From Camelus ferus (Eukaryota), in NCBI RefSeq assembly GCF_009834535.1, contig NC_045696.1, forward strand, positions 46,006,001-46,070,000: DNA of 64,000 nucleotides. Reading direction: 5' to 3'. The notes beneath the pieces are model-generated. The model worked only from the letters and a program-made list of their open reading frames with translations. It did not search any database and was not told the origin of the DNA. Positions 1-12,854 of this stretch are shown here, piece by piece (position 1 is the first letter of the stretch; each line of letters opens with the position of its first letter). A program made the position numbers and the translations under genes.

Positions 1-190
1 CTCCACCACATGAGCACAGTGAGAATGTTCCATCCTCACGGGACTAATGCAAATCAGGAAGAAAATCCTCACCAAGAATCAAATCTGCTAGCACCTGGTC
101 TTCCTGGCAGCCCAGAACTGTGAGAAATGTCTGTTGTTTGAACCACCAAGTCTATGATATTTTGCATGGCAGTCCAAGCTGACCAAAACA
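1..190 (+). mobile_element. MLT1 (ERVL-MaLR) LTR, 3' part
   Basis: Typical MLT1 3' end: ccagaactgtgagaaatgtctgttgtttgaaccaccaagtctatgatattttg...gctgaccaaaaca. Confidence 0.85.
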
Positions 191-869
191 GATGAGTTCT
201 GCCTTGCACTCTTTACCACTTCTAAAATAAATAAAACCATAATCATGGAATCCTGACTATGTACCAGTAAATCATCTAAATCACCTGATCTACCAAGAGA
301 GGCACATGACTGGGAGAAAAGAAAAAATCAGCCCTTTAAAGGCAAGCACTTAAAAAGTGGTGATGGCATCAGACAACATTCTTTTGCAGCATGTGTAAAA
401 TGAAAAATAAAAGAATGTAGAAACAGACTGAGGTGAAGAACCAAGGTTTAGAAAGAGTGACAATGATTACAAGGTTCAGATTTCACATATTGAGGGCCCA
501 GGGATTGTATCTGGAACTTGTTTTGTCCTCATCATGTTTTATTTGGGTTGCTAAGAAGACATCAGCTTGAGATGACAGGAAGCCAGTATGTCATCCAGGG
601 ACTAATGCTAAAGAGAAAGGTGTACAGAATGAACAGTCTTCTGCAAACTAAAAGAACAATGGAAAGTTTCTTCGTCTTTACAGAGCGAGTGATGGATTGA
701 TGATGAGTGCTTGCCCATGGCTGCAGCTCTCAAAGACATCTTTCATTATGCTTTGAAAAGTGGTGCATCAAAATCCCCTGATTCAAAAACAAAGAATTCA
801 TTGAAACTGGTTACAGTTCAGTGGAAAAAGAAACCACCATTCCAATGTACCTGAGTTGAAATAGGGTCA

Positions 870-955
870 GTTTCCTGGTTATGTGACCTTAAGCCAGGCA
901 CTTAACCTCACTGAACCTGTTTCAATCTTTAATCCTGAGATAATACATGCTCACA
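870..955 (+). mobile_element. MIR SINE fragment
   Basis: MIR core-like atgtgaccttaagccaggcacttaacctcactgaacctgtttc. Confidence 0.65.
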
Positions 956-1245
956 GTCTTTTACCTGATATCCTTGGGGCTAGATTTCAGAATTATTTTA
1001 TTATGTAAGTAGTGCACATACTGAATTTTATATAATAACAATAATGTCTGGGACAGCAATTGGTAAGCAAACATACTGATATTCTTTCAGAGAAATGAAG
1101 TACCATAATCTACTAAATGAGAAAAATAAAGTTTATTAATAGTTTAATGGCATTTCAAGTCAGGTGTTGTCACCGAAATTATAAAACTTTCCAATTTAGA
1201 GCTTTCTGGATTTTGGAATTTTGGATATGAGATGAGTGACCCACA
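956..1245 (-). mobile_element. TcMar-Tigger MITE, MER46C-like
   Basis: agagctttctggattttggaattttggatatgagatg and tcaagtcaggtgttgtcaccgaa resemble the reverse complement of the MER46C 5' end (recall). Confidence 0.55.
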
Positions 1246-2624
1246 GATATGTTATCTTAGAGTGATTGTGAGGAGTAAATGGCATACGGAGGATAGAAAC
1301 TCACATAAGGTCATGCAGAATGGATTATAAATGAGAACCCAAGGAATCCCAAATAATCCAAGTACAAGGGAAATCTTTCCTGAGCATAAATTCCCTCTCC
1401 TAAGAGAGCCAACGTCCAGTTGCCAACTGATCTGAGCGGTATATTGAGAAGGTACAGAGATGCCCCTGTTTCTTTCTTCCACTCAACATCCCCTTCTTCA
1501 GACCAATTATCTCCAAGCCCTGGCTTTTCTGCAGCTTAGGGAGGGAGGTGCACAGTTAACAGCGTTTTCTTCTTTTAACACTCCGCCTACCCTCTACCTT
1601 ACTCCTGCCTCTGTGGAGCCCACAATGAAGAGGAAAGAGCTTTGTACATTGCTTTACAGTTTTTAAAACATGTTGCCTCCATGGACTTCTTTAATCATTA
1701 CAGCAGCCAATGAGAGGCGAGTCTCCACCTACCATTGTGGTTAGTATCAGGACCTAGGCTCCAGACTTTCTGTATCCCCTTCAGGTGAATGACGTCATCC
1801 CAGGAACTTCTCTGCCTCGTGCCAGATCCCTCCCAGGGTCCAGGAAGACCTGTCTCTTCTCAGTTCAAAGCTCATGCCTGCCTTCCCAAGCAACCCATGG
1901 TTCCTGTCTCTAATCTGAAGAATGCCTCCAATCCTGCCCAGTGACTCATTCAAAAACATCCCCCACACATCCCCTCCTCAATCCCCCTAGGAAGCCACCT
2001 TTCTTGAATTCTATTATCACAGGTTTTACAATAGAAAATTGCTTTACAGTTTCAGTAGCAACAGCAGCCATTCAGTTACCATGGCAAGCAGAGATCTGTT
2101 CTTTCATGGTTCCTATGAAGCTTAACAAAAGTCATAGATACCAACAGATATTAAATCTATCATTTATATACCCAAAATCACCGCACAGAGATGTAGCTTG
2201 ATTTGAATCTAAATTCTAATCTTTAAAAGCCCTAGTGACACCTACTGAGACAAGGCACCAAGAGCGTGAACAATTTCCATGGAGAATCAACCACCCACAC
2301 AAATACCTTATGACTTGGACATTATATTCCTTAAACATCTTCTATAAAAGGACATAGTAAGCCAGGACAAGAGCCATCATTTCAAATATTCCAGTAACTA
2401 ATAACAGGCTCGTTACAGTTGCTATCACTTTTGTTTAAATTCAGAGCTCAGTCATTATGTGTACGTATGTGGGTATGTGTGTGCCTGTGTATCTGCATGT
2501 GTGCAAAGAAACCTGATGCCTAGAGTGCAATTAGCAGCATTAAAGCAGTCTGTTCCCATGTTGTTGGAAGGAGTGCTTTTCTAAGATAGCAGAGTTATCC
2601 AAGTATCTCCTACAAGAAAGATTA

Positions 2625-2666
2625 CATCATCATCATCATCATTATTATATTATTATTATTATTATT
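2625..2666. repeat. compound microsatellite (CAT)n(TAT)n
   Basis: catcatcatcatcatcattattatattattattattattatt seen directly. Confidence 0.95.
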
Positions 2667-3160
2667 TTCACCAATTTAGCATATTCCGATCATGCCATAG
2701 GCGATAATTCTCATCTGATACCAAATTGCACCTGTGGGCCCACTGTCCTTGTCCGTGCAGTGTGTGTAGATTCTTTCCTCATGTTATATAACGTGGTACT
2801 GTATGGCTGTTGGGCCTCAAAACGCCAGGTGGTGAACACTTGGAGAATTCAAGATGCTGTTACCATGGGGACAAGATGCTGGCCCTACTCAATGCAATCA
2901 ACACACTTCCTCTTTCAGAAAAACTCTTTCCACAGGAAAATAAATGAGCTCAAAAATTGAAGCTTTTAGTTTTAAAAGAATGGCTACTTTCTTAAAGCTC
3001 TGTATTTAATAGTGACAGCAAAGCTGCGCAAGCAACAGAGAAATATTTTGGAAGGCTTGTTTTCAAAAACTTATTTCTGACTCTTGTTTTCCTCCCAAGT
3101 TAGTACTGATGAAGGAACCAATTTCCGAGAGCTCAGGCTGCGCTTCTCAAGTGCCTGTCC

Positions 3161-3660
3161 TAGGTGGTAGATTACTAAGTGGCCATAAATCATTTCTTTC
3201 CCTTTTCCTATATCTGATTGCAACTGACTGTGCAGCTCTTGCCACAGAGTTTGAATCTATTCCCTCACTCCTTGACCACAGCTTGACATTGTGCCTTGTC
3301 TGGCCAACAGAATGTGGCAGAACTGAGAGCCTACCAGTTCCATGCCTTGGGTTCAAGCACTCTACACTCTTCCACTCTCTGTCTTGGGGTCCTGCCCACC
3401 TTCCATGTGAACACACCTGGTCTGTCCTGCAGGAAAATGAGAGACATTTGTCTTAGTCATCTCCACTGTCACCCAGTCTGCAGCCACCCAACCCTTAGAA
3501 GCAGAGCTGCCTCACTGAGGGATAACTGATTGCAGACACATGACTAAGACCAGTGAGACCAGAAGAACAAACAGACCTACAGAATCATGTACAAAATAGA
3601 CTTAAGTGTCTTAAGCCACTAAGTTTTGCAGTGGTTTATATAACAAAAGGAAACCATATA
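3161..3660 (+). mobile_element. MLT1E/F-like MaLR LTR
   Basis: tggccaacagaatgtggcagaa, ccatgtgaac and 3' aagccactaagttttgcagtggttt motifs. Confidence 0.8.
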
Positions 3661-4269
3661 CCTACCATATTCTTCTTTGTTAGTTCTGTCAGTTTCGCAG
3701 GATCTGTTTATAAATATGCAGCTGGATTCCTAAAACCAAAGATTAGGTTGGAGTGACATGAATGCCTATTAATAACCCCAAGCAGGTATGCACCAACATA
3801 AATAAATACAGTGTCCTCACCCTGACAACACAGACAGCTAATAGCTTCCTTTCATATAGGAATTCAGAGGATTTTTATGCCAGAGTTTGAAAAGAAAATA
3901 TAACCCATATGAACAACCCTCCCTCTCAATTGCATATTTACTGATGAAATCACCTTTGCTCTCCCAAGTGTAAGATGAGCATACTGCTATAGATTCTATG
4001 GAGAGCACACACACACAGATACACACAATGAAAGACAAAATTCCATTAATATGTCCACAGCATGCAAAGGAGATCATCAAGCTAATTTTCTTTATCAGTG
4101 GTAGGTGAAATCCCACATCGTGGATAGTAAAAATTTAAAAACCTTGGATTTTAACATGTTTATCTCTAAAGCAACTTTTCACAGAAAAAAAATTTGAATG
4201 CTATTCTTCAAAGCTTCTTTTCCCAGCTCTGCGTGCGCCACCTGCCCTCTCCTTTCCTGGGCCTAGGGC

Positions 4270-4460
4270 CCTAGGGCCACATGTGGCGACGGTGACCTCA
4301 CAAGCTGAAGGAACCAGAATCCCCGTGTCACCCTCGTGGGGAACAGCTGCCACAAAGTTATCCAGCAGCTGTATGATGCTGTGTAAGCAAGAAATACATC
4401 ACTGTTCACATCAGGATTTCAGGGCTTATAACCACAGCCCAGCAGAGCCTATTGTCATGA
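4270..4460 (+). mobile_element. old MLT1 (H/I/J-like) LTR fragment
   Basis: gccacatgtgg...cacaagctgaaggaaccagaatcccc...agcaagaaatacatc resembles the MLT1H-J 3' half. Confidence 0.5.
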
Positions 4461-5034
4461 AGGATGAGGGCACACAGACATGCTGATGGGAATGATTCTG
4501 CAGAAAGGAGGGAAGGGTGCTGATGCAGGAGAGAGGGACAACTGCAGGAGCGATTTCCTCGAGCAGGTGACCCCGAGCCGTCTTCACAGGTAAGACAACC
4601 GAGTATGCGAGGTTCGTACATTTGGTGAGGGAAGATCAGGGGGCACTTTTTTGGTTACTACTATTCTGGCCCTAAAACAAGATGGCAGATCTTAGGCTGA
4701 GACTGTAAAGGGGAGTGCAAGTCTGAAGACCAACAAGATGCTGTAAAACAGTCTTCTCAAGAAGAAGAAACTGTGTGATTGGAAAAATGTTCAAAGTGAG
4801 GTACTCCCCCAGGTACCGGAGGAGCATTGTTTTCCTGTAGCTGTGCCCAGCTGCTTGGCCACAGGCTTTACGCAAGAGCAAAGCTGGATTTCGTCAGGGT
4901 GGAAGTTTTGCCAGGCAGGACTTACAGAGACGAGGCTCCAGAAAAAACACAGGTGCAGAGAAGGGCATGATTATGGTGCTGGGCCATGAAACCTAATCTG
5001 AAGAACGATGTGAGAACATGGTGTTATCAGAGGG

Positions 5035-5426
5035 CAATATTGGTTGACCCAGGCTACCATAACAAAATACCACAGACCGGGGGCTAAAACAACAGAAGTT
5101 TATTTTCTCGCAATTCTGGAGGCTGGCAGTCCAGGATCAAGGAGCTGGCAGGCTTGGTTTCTACGAAGGCCTCTCTCTCTCTGACTTACAGACGGCCATC
5201 CTCTCTCCCTGTATCCTCACTTTCCTTGGTGTGTCTAGGTCCTAATTTCCTCTTCTTATAAGGACTCCAGTCTACTGAATTAGGTCCCACCTTAATGACC
5301 TCCTTTAAACTTAATCACTTCTGCAATCACCTTCGTGGACCTATCTCCAAATACAGTCATGTTCTTAGGCACTGGGGATTGGGACTTCAGTGTGAGAATT
5401 GTAGGGGGACACAGTTCAGCCCATAA
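5035..5426 (-). mobile_element. MLT1C-like MaLR LTR
   Basis: ggctaccataacaaaataccacagacc...aacaacagaagtttattttctcgcaattctggaggctgg...gggggacacagttcagcccataa. Confidence 0.9.
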
Positions 5427-6034
5427 AAAAGGGGTTGAAATGGAAAAATAGAAAGTGGTGGCCAGTGAGTGGGATACTGAAAATTGAGGTTTTGGAGGCA
5501 AAGATCTAGAGTATAATCAAGAAAAACAGATGTCAGAGGTAAGGAAAAGACAAAACACTTGGGGAAGAAGAGATCACGGATAGGGTGTGGAATGAGTTAT
5601 CCTTGTGGATACTGAAGTCACCAAGACGGATGACAGAAGCCACAAAGGAGAAAAATACAGTCACCAAAGCAGAGAAAGTGCTAAAATCCTCCATGGAGGT
5701 GTATTTGGGGTGGGGGGAGACAAGATGACCATAAAGATGACTGATGGCTGCAACAAAGAAGGGAATCAGAGAATCCAGACAGACAGCACAGTGTTTTGAA
5801 GGAACTGAAATTTATGGAGAGAAGCAAGGAAAGCAAGGGGGAAACCACATTCTGGAAGAAGAAACAGCCAGCAAAGAATACAGTCTCTTGCCTACAAGTC
5901 CAGGAGTACATGGGGTGTAGGAGAAAAAAGAGCAACAATTTGAGGGCTGCAGAAAAAGCAGTGTCCTTAGGAAAAGCCAGATTCTTTTAGAACAAGAAGT
6001 TGAGAAATTTAAGAGAAGAGACCGAAGATAGGGC

Positions 6035-6345
6035 AAGAAAAGAAATGTAAGAAATGACATGTGTTACATGACGTGTCACTTCTGGGCTGAGGCGGCGAAA
6101 AGACCATGTGCAAGTCTCCCATCTCACACGTCCTCTGCCAAGGTTTCACTTCCAGGGGTCTGGAGCCTTTGTCAGCTTCTTCTCTGGGTGACTGTGTAGA
6201 GCAGAATCCGTGCCAACCAATGTTGACCATAAACATTAAGTGAGAGACGAGTTTCTGTTCTGTAATGGCCAGTGATGTTCTGGGGTGGGGTGTGTGTGTG
6301 TTTGATTTGTTACCACAGTGACACCTAGTCTCTCCTGATTTGTAC
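6035..6345 (+). mobile_element. MLT1H/I-like LTR fragment
   Basis: gtgtcacttctgggctgaggc...ttgttaccacagtgacacctagtctctcctga. Confidence 0.65.
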
Positions 6346-6721
6346 ACACAAGTCTAGAACATACAGTGGAAGGGCTGTGTAGAGAGGGAGGCTGGGGCTC
6401 ACCAGAGAACGTGCATGGCCTCACTGAGGACATGAGAAGAAGGGTCTTGGGGATACAAGATGGGCTGTGAGGCTTGGGCTTCTTGCAGTGATTGAGAAAA
6501 ATGAGATGCAGGGCCTGGTGACATCTTAGGGAAAAGCAGGCTGTTACGCTTAACTGTAGCCTCCTTCAATGGGCCTCTCAGGCAGACTGTAACAGAGTGA
6601 TGGGGAATGTGGTCAGGAGTGAAGGGCAGTGGTGATTCCACAAGGAACGCACAAAGCTCTGTAACTGGCTCCCACCACCCCCAGTATCTTGGTGCTGGCA
6701 AAAGGGAGATGTTACTGTGAT

Positions 6722-6770
6722 TACATATATATGATATAGATATAGATATATAATAATATAGATATATATT
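6722..6770. repeat. AT-rich (TA/TAGA) low-complexity repeat
   Basis: tacatatatatgatatagatatagatatataataatatagatatatatt. Confidence 0.85.
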
Positions 6771-6929
6771 ATTCTAAAGAGTTTCTTCTTCTTGGAGTTT
6801 CCAAATGTTTCACAAAGAGAATATATTAATCACCCCCAAGAAATTCATAACAAACATTTTTTACAAAGGCAGAGTACAAGAAATAAAGTGCAAGAAATAA
6901 AGGAAAAGAAAGAGATGGAAGGGAGGTGC

Positions 6930-7035
6930 TTGAGAATGTTAATCATAGTTGTCTCAGGATGATGGGGTTATATGAACTCTTATTTCCTTCTTCGTACTTT
7001 TCTGAAATTTCAAAGTTTCTACAAGGAACTATAAG
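6930..7035 (+). mobile_element. old L1 (L1ME/MC-type) 3' end fragment
   Basis: atagttgtctcaggatgatggggttat...cttttctgaaatttcaaagtttctacaa. Confidence 0.55.
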
Positions 7036-8774
7036 TACTAAAGGCAGAAACATGTCATACAGTCATAGTCATAGATTCAGCCACTTCTTCACTAATTCAT
7101 TTAACAAGTAAGTATTTGTGTAGTGTGTACTATGTGTCTAGTGCTAGAATTCATCAGTGCTAGAATTCAAAGCTAAGAGATTATCTAACACAAGCTGCTT
7201 GTTAGGGTGGCCAGAAAAACCCAGAGAGGTTATGAGACAGCCTTAGTTAGGTAGTTAGCCACAGGGCTAGAACAGGGAGCATGCTCCTGTGGTTCTGGAC
7301 TCACCTACTTTTATCACTTTAACACTATGTACAAGAAGGTTGTGATTTGACCAACCACATAATCAAATAGAAATATGTCCCTTCCATTTCCCTTTGATAC
7401 ACCATCCTCACATTCTTCATTCAGAAGTTGTTTTATAAATACCATTTCCCTGTTCTGAAGTCTTCAAAGGATGCTCATTATCTTCCACATACAGTTTGGA
7501 CTTTTTACTCTGACATTCATGGCCTTCTCCAGTCCAGGTTTTACATACTTCTCAGATAATATATTTGTTCTGCTCATTGCTCATATATAAAAAATAACAA
7601 ATTTATCTGTTACTGTTCCCTTCATGCTCCATGACTATTCTCAGCTTTTCTCCTGTTGTTTAGTAAGTTTCTCAACAGAAGTGTGTAGCAGGATGGGGGA
7701 GACACCCAGATGGCCAATCAGCGACCATGACTGAACCCTAGACTACCGATCACGAAGGCTCAAAGCCTAGTTGGTTCATCACTTCGAAGGTGTATGACGT
7801 TAGTAAATAGATTTAGCCTCTCTGAAAAGCCAGTGCTATTATTATTCATTTCTTTATTTATGAATTTTCATGTAATGAGTTTTTATTGCATATTCATTAC
7901 TCATCAGGATCTGGGTTAGGTACTAGACATTCATCAGAACAAGATGTTCATAGTCTCTGCTCACAGGTCAGGAGTGAAGTGAATGAGAGAGGAAAACTGT
8001 ATGAGATTATCTGCAATTACAATTTTTAAGGAGAATATTATAGGACTCATGGTTCTTGGAATACATACTGGAAAATGCAGGTCTAGAAACATGTCAGATT
8101 AATTTTCTGTGTGATTTGATGTCTATCAACCATAGATATTCTTGAAAATGAGAAAATGCGGGAACACCATAAAAGGTTTGTCTCGTGGGTTAAGAACATA
8201 ACTTTCTGGCAGGTGCTGCCATAAGGTAGGTCTTTTTCTATTTCAAGAATGGAGTTTCCTAAGCAGAAGACAAGCTTCTGTTTTACTTAGAATGGTAAGA
8301 AGTAAATAAGTGGGACCACAGAGTACCTGAAACCAGTTATCCAATGCCCAGGCCTCTGGAGAGAGATAAATCATATGTTAGAGGGCAGGGAGGTCTGCAG
8401 ACTGTAAACAGAGTGTGACAACAGGCAACACAAAGAAAGGAAATGCAGAGCCTACAAGGAAAGGAAATGGATGACAAGGAGGCAGACGAGGCTAAATGCC
8501 CAAAATGGAAGGCTGGAATGGGAGGTGGAGAAGCAGCAGCACCAGGACACACAGCAGCAGGGATGGAGCAGAGAAGTGCCTTCAGCGAATATGCTCAGGA
8601 GGGGACTCACAGAGCCACAAAGAAAAAATAGAGGAAAGAAAAGAAGCAGGAACGCTGGGAAACTGTAAAGCCACTGAGAAGTTGCAAGCCCTCTCAAAGT
8701 CTACCCACTACACATTCATAAGGAAAGAATAGGAGACAGTGGATCAGAAGAGGAACGTTGATGGAAACAGGGGG

Positions 8775-8970
8775 TTAACATGGCTCAGCAAAGAGACACA
8801 GGCTTTGGTGACAGGCCACTTCCTCTAAACCTTGGCTTTGCCTCTGACTAGTCAGATGATCTTAACCTCTGTACTCCCCAATCTCCTCATCTGTAAAATG
8901 GATATGATAATTACATTCACTGCTTATGGTTGTTTTAAGAATTCAATAAAACAGCAGCTATAAAGGATCA
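8775..8970 (+). mobile_element. MIR SINE
   Basis: cttaacctctgtactccccaatctcctcatctgtaaaatggatatgataa core. Confidence 0.85.
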
Positions 8971-9825
8971 GTAAAATTGTCACTACCCGGAGAATGCGGC
9001 ACTGAAGAATAACTCTCATTCCTAGAAAGTAAGACTGAAATGTTGACGTATCCTCAGATGGCTAAAGAATACTTACCAGCTCTTCATATGAGAAAAGATT
9101 ACCAGTCCAATTTAAACTCAGCCTTATGTATTTTATGCTCCATTCAACTCCACAGAAAATTCAGTTAAAAGTTCATCTACAGGGTAAATATTTTTTTTTT
9201 TTGCTGCAAGTCTAAATAAAGAACACTAAAGTGATACTGACAAATGTACAGTGGATGCCTAAATCCCAGGGGACCATAATCATCTAAACATTAGCCTGAA
9301 ACCCAGACCAAAAAACAGTTTCTGATTACACCAGCCTACTTCCCTACCTACCCACAGGAAATTTTAAACCTATGTGTTTAGAAAGCTATAATGCAAATGA
9401 CTGATGATACCTTCCTCACAAGAAAAAAAGGACCATTACTTACAGAGACAGAACTAGGAGAAAGAGGGAGGACCACCTTTGCAGATGAGGCTCCCATGAG
9501 AACTTTCATTAAGTCTTTGATTTTCAGGATGAAGAAACCCAGGCAATGAGCTCTTTGAAAACAGAGCTGATGTCCACTCTTTTGAGTACAGCCAGTGCGC
9601 AGGACTCACTACAAGACCAAAAAAAGTTTTGGTAACTGTTGGCTGATTGATGAATTTTTAAAAATGAGTAACAGTCTGTGGATTGCGCATATTCCTCCAA
9701 GTTGTGTAAACCCCTTACAAAGATCAACGTGACCCCTTTCTACTCCTTTAGAATAAAAATGCTATTGAGAACTTGCTAAGTCCTGGGTCACACACTAGGG
9801 CCTGAGGATACAGAGATGAGAAAGC

Positions 9826-10200
9826 CTCGTTTTAGCATGCTAGGGCTACCACAACAAAGGACCGCAGACTGGGTGGCTCAAACAAGAGAAACTTTTTTTC
9901 TCACAGTTTTGGAGAGGAGAGTCCAACATGAAAATGTCTTCACATTGGGCCTTCTGAGGCCTGTGAAGGAAGGATCTGTCCAGGCCTCTCTTCTTGGCTT
10001 CACTCTATGGCTTCACATGATCTTCCCTATATGTGTGTCTGTGTGCAAATTTCCTCTTCTATTCAATTAAAGCCCATCCTTATGGCCTTATTTTAACCTA
10101 GTTCCCTCTGTAAAGACCCCATCTCCAGATATGGTCACATTTTGAAAGGTTAGGACTTCAACAGCTGCCTTTTGGGAGGGACACAATTCAGCCCACATCA
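9826..10200 (-). mobile_element. MLT1C-like MaLR LTR
   Basis: gctagggctaccacaacaaaggaccgcagactgggtggctcaaac...ggagggacacaattcagccc; same family as 5035-5426. Confidence 0.85.
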
Positions 10201-11329
10201 GACACCCCCTATTTCAGAACACTTGTATTTGATTGTTTAATGAAGTGCCCCCAGGAGGACTTGGGAAGGTAAAAATATTGTTGCTATCCAGGACGTGCCT
10301 GACAACGTCCCACCTCCCAGCAACAAGCTTACCTTTTTTCTATTTAAACTGCATTCACAGTAAGTTCTCCATTAAGAGAATTCTAAGCTCTGCTAACTAG
10401 CTCCTCTGCCAGAGAATTAGAGAGGCATCTTGTATTTTCAAAATCCCCGTGGAAATTAAAATCATTGTGGTCACATTTTGCCAAAAAATATGCATGCATG
10501 TAGGAGATAAAACAGTAGTGAAGTAACCAGACAGGTCCATTCCAGAAAGAGCAAAATGGTTAGCTGTATACTATCTCCACTTCTGTACAATTCTCACAAA
10601 GCGAGTTAATTCAGCACAGGACTCTGTTCTCTGTTGTTTGAGAACAGAAATTGAGAACAGAAAGTCTATTTTCATAAACAAAATTTCTGCTTAACTAATA
10701 AGGCTTATAAACCAAAGGCATGAGCATCTTAAAGCAAACTACTCCTAGTTCACTAATTCAATGAATGATATTTATACAACGTTAAGAGCCATTTAGCTAC
10801 CAAAAAACATTCCATTTGAACGTCGCATTCCATTTCAGCTAGACTCATAAAGTGTACTCCCTTGCTGCAGATCAGTTACTCATAAAGTGTAGAGTCAATT
10901 TCTGCTTCTGCATGAACAGTGTCAAGAAGGTGACAGACGAAAACCTGCAGTCTGAGCAAGGAAGTCGGTCCACTTTTTCCTTTCACTTGCATAAACACAT
11001 GCATTAAAGAGGAACTTAAAATTGATGTATTTTACATTTACAAAAGATAGAGCCTTTTTAAATTTTTGTTCACAAAACCTAAATTTCTAACTATTCTGCT
11101 AGGTACATGTGTATTTATTTGGTTAAGATTGCTATTCTTTGGTCATGAGCAAACCCAAATCTACTAATTTTCTTTCTCACAACCAGATTCTCTTAAGTCT
11201 CCTGTTTCAAGTAACAGCATAAAGATCTCCCCACCTACCCAAAGGAGCTTTCTTAGAGCCATCTTTCACTCATCTTTCTCTTTACTTTCCATATCTACTC
11301 AATCCCCAAATTCTTGTGATATTATCACA

Positions 11330-12660
11330 CTTATTCAACTTTATTGACTTGCTATCATACATCAGGAACTGAGCTAAGCATTGGGGAAATAAAGAGATAT
11401 AAGAAATGGTGCCTTCTAGCAAACAGCTCATAACATAGTTGGGAAGGAAAGTCAGTTATCAAAGACAATGTTAGGGGCCATGATAGAACTATGTTCTTAG
11501 TGTTTGGGGAGCTCATAAGCAATATTCTTTTTTTATCGAAGTATAATTGATTTACAATGTTAATTTCAGGTATACAGCAAAGTGATTCAGTTATACATAT
11601 ACATACATATATATTTTTTTCTTTTCAGATTCTTTTCCATTATATGTTATAAGAAACTGAATACAGTTCCCTGTGCTGTACAGTCGGTCCTTGTTTATTT
11701 TATATATAGTAATGTATTTCTGTTAATCCCCAACCCCTAATTTATCCCTTCCTGCCCTCTCCCTTTTGGTAACCATGGTTTGTTTTCTATATCCATGAGT
11801 CTGGTTTTGGTTTGTAAACAGAACTTGTATCATTTTTTTAGATTCCACATAGAAGTGATATCATACATTTGTCTTTCTCTGACTTACTTCATGCAATATG
11901 ATATTCTCTGGGCCCATCCATGTTGCTGCAAATGACATTATTTCATTCTTTTTATGGCTGAGTAATATTCCACTGTATATATATACTACATCTTCTTCAT
12001 CCAGTCATCTGTTGATGGACATTTAGGTTGTTTTCATGTCTTGGCTATTGTAAACAGTGCTGCTATGAACATTGGGGTGCATGTGTCTTTTCGAATTATA
12101 GTTTTCTCTAGATATATGCCCAGGAATGTGATTGCTAGATCATACGGTAAGTCTATTTTTAGTTTTTTAAGGAACCTCCATACTGTCCTCCATAGTGGTT
12201 GCACCAATTTACATTTCCACCAACAGTGTAGGAGGGTTCCTTTTTCTCCGAAGCAACATTCTTAAAGGAAGTTTTAAACAACAAAAGAATTAAATAAGGG
12301 CCAAGTTGGGGCAGGGTAAGGAAGCAGGTGGGCAGTGTGGAGATGTAATTTGAAGAACATGAAAATGCACACACATAAACCTGCTTGATGTCAGTGAGAA
12401 ACTACCACATTTCAGGGTGGCTAGAGCAGAGTCCATAGTGGATTGGTAGGAGATAAAATTCACAATAAAGCAGGGAACAAATCTTAAGAACATCCTGAGT
12501 TTTAAGTTATAGGTGATCCATTAAAGGCTTCTAAATTGTGACACAAGCAGATTTCTTTCCTAGAAAGCCTGCTCTTTCTGCAGTGGGTAGGTTAAATTGA
12601 ATGTAAATACAAGTATGCTGAGCAGGAAAATCAGATAGGAGCTATTGAGTAAACGTGGAA
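11330..12660 (-). mobile_element. L2 LINE remnant, interrupted by a younger L1
   Basis: tttattgacttgctatcatacatcaggaactgagctaagcattgggga (L2 3' end, reverse); L2-like sequence resumes after 12263. Confidence 0.65.
11530..12250 (-). mobile_element. 5'-truncated L1 (artiodactyl/camelid type): ORF2 C-terminus plus 3'UTR
   Basis: Minus strand reads [23 protein letters not shown] (ORF2p cysteine-rich tail). TSD aagcaatattctt (11517-11529) / aagcaacattctt (12251-12263). Confidence 0.95.
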
Positions 12661-12854
12661 GAGAAAGAGAGAAAACTGTCTTAACCTGTTGTCTCCATTC
12701 TTCCCAACATCAGCAATAAATAAGGGTGAAAATTATAGTAGTTTTTAAAAGATCAGAACACCAGTGCATAAAATTGGATCTGTAATAGCTAATCCAATCA
12801 GAAAATTGTACTGGTTACAAACGAGTCATAGAAAAACCATACTGAACAATGCTG

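Noticed and set aside
1700..2090. MHC-type SXY module (X-box, CRE, CCAAT)
   Set aside because: Motif spacing is far from the tight X1-X2-Y arrangement that module requires.
9077..9177. Minus-strand segment bounded by ctgtag and CTG|gtaagt
   Set aside because: Stops in all three frames; at most a non-coding exon, with no other support.
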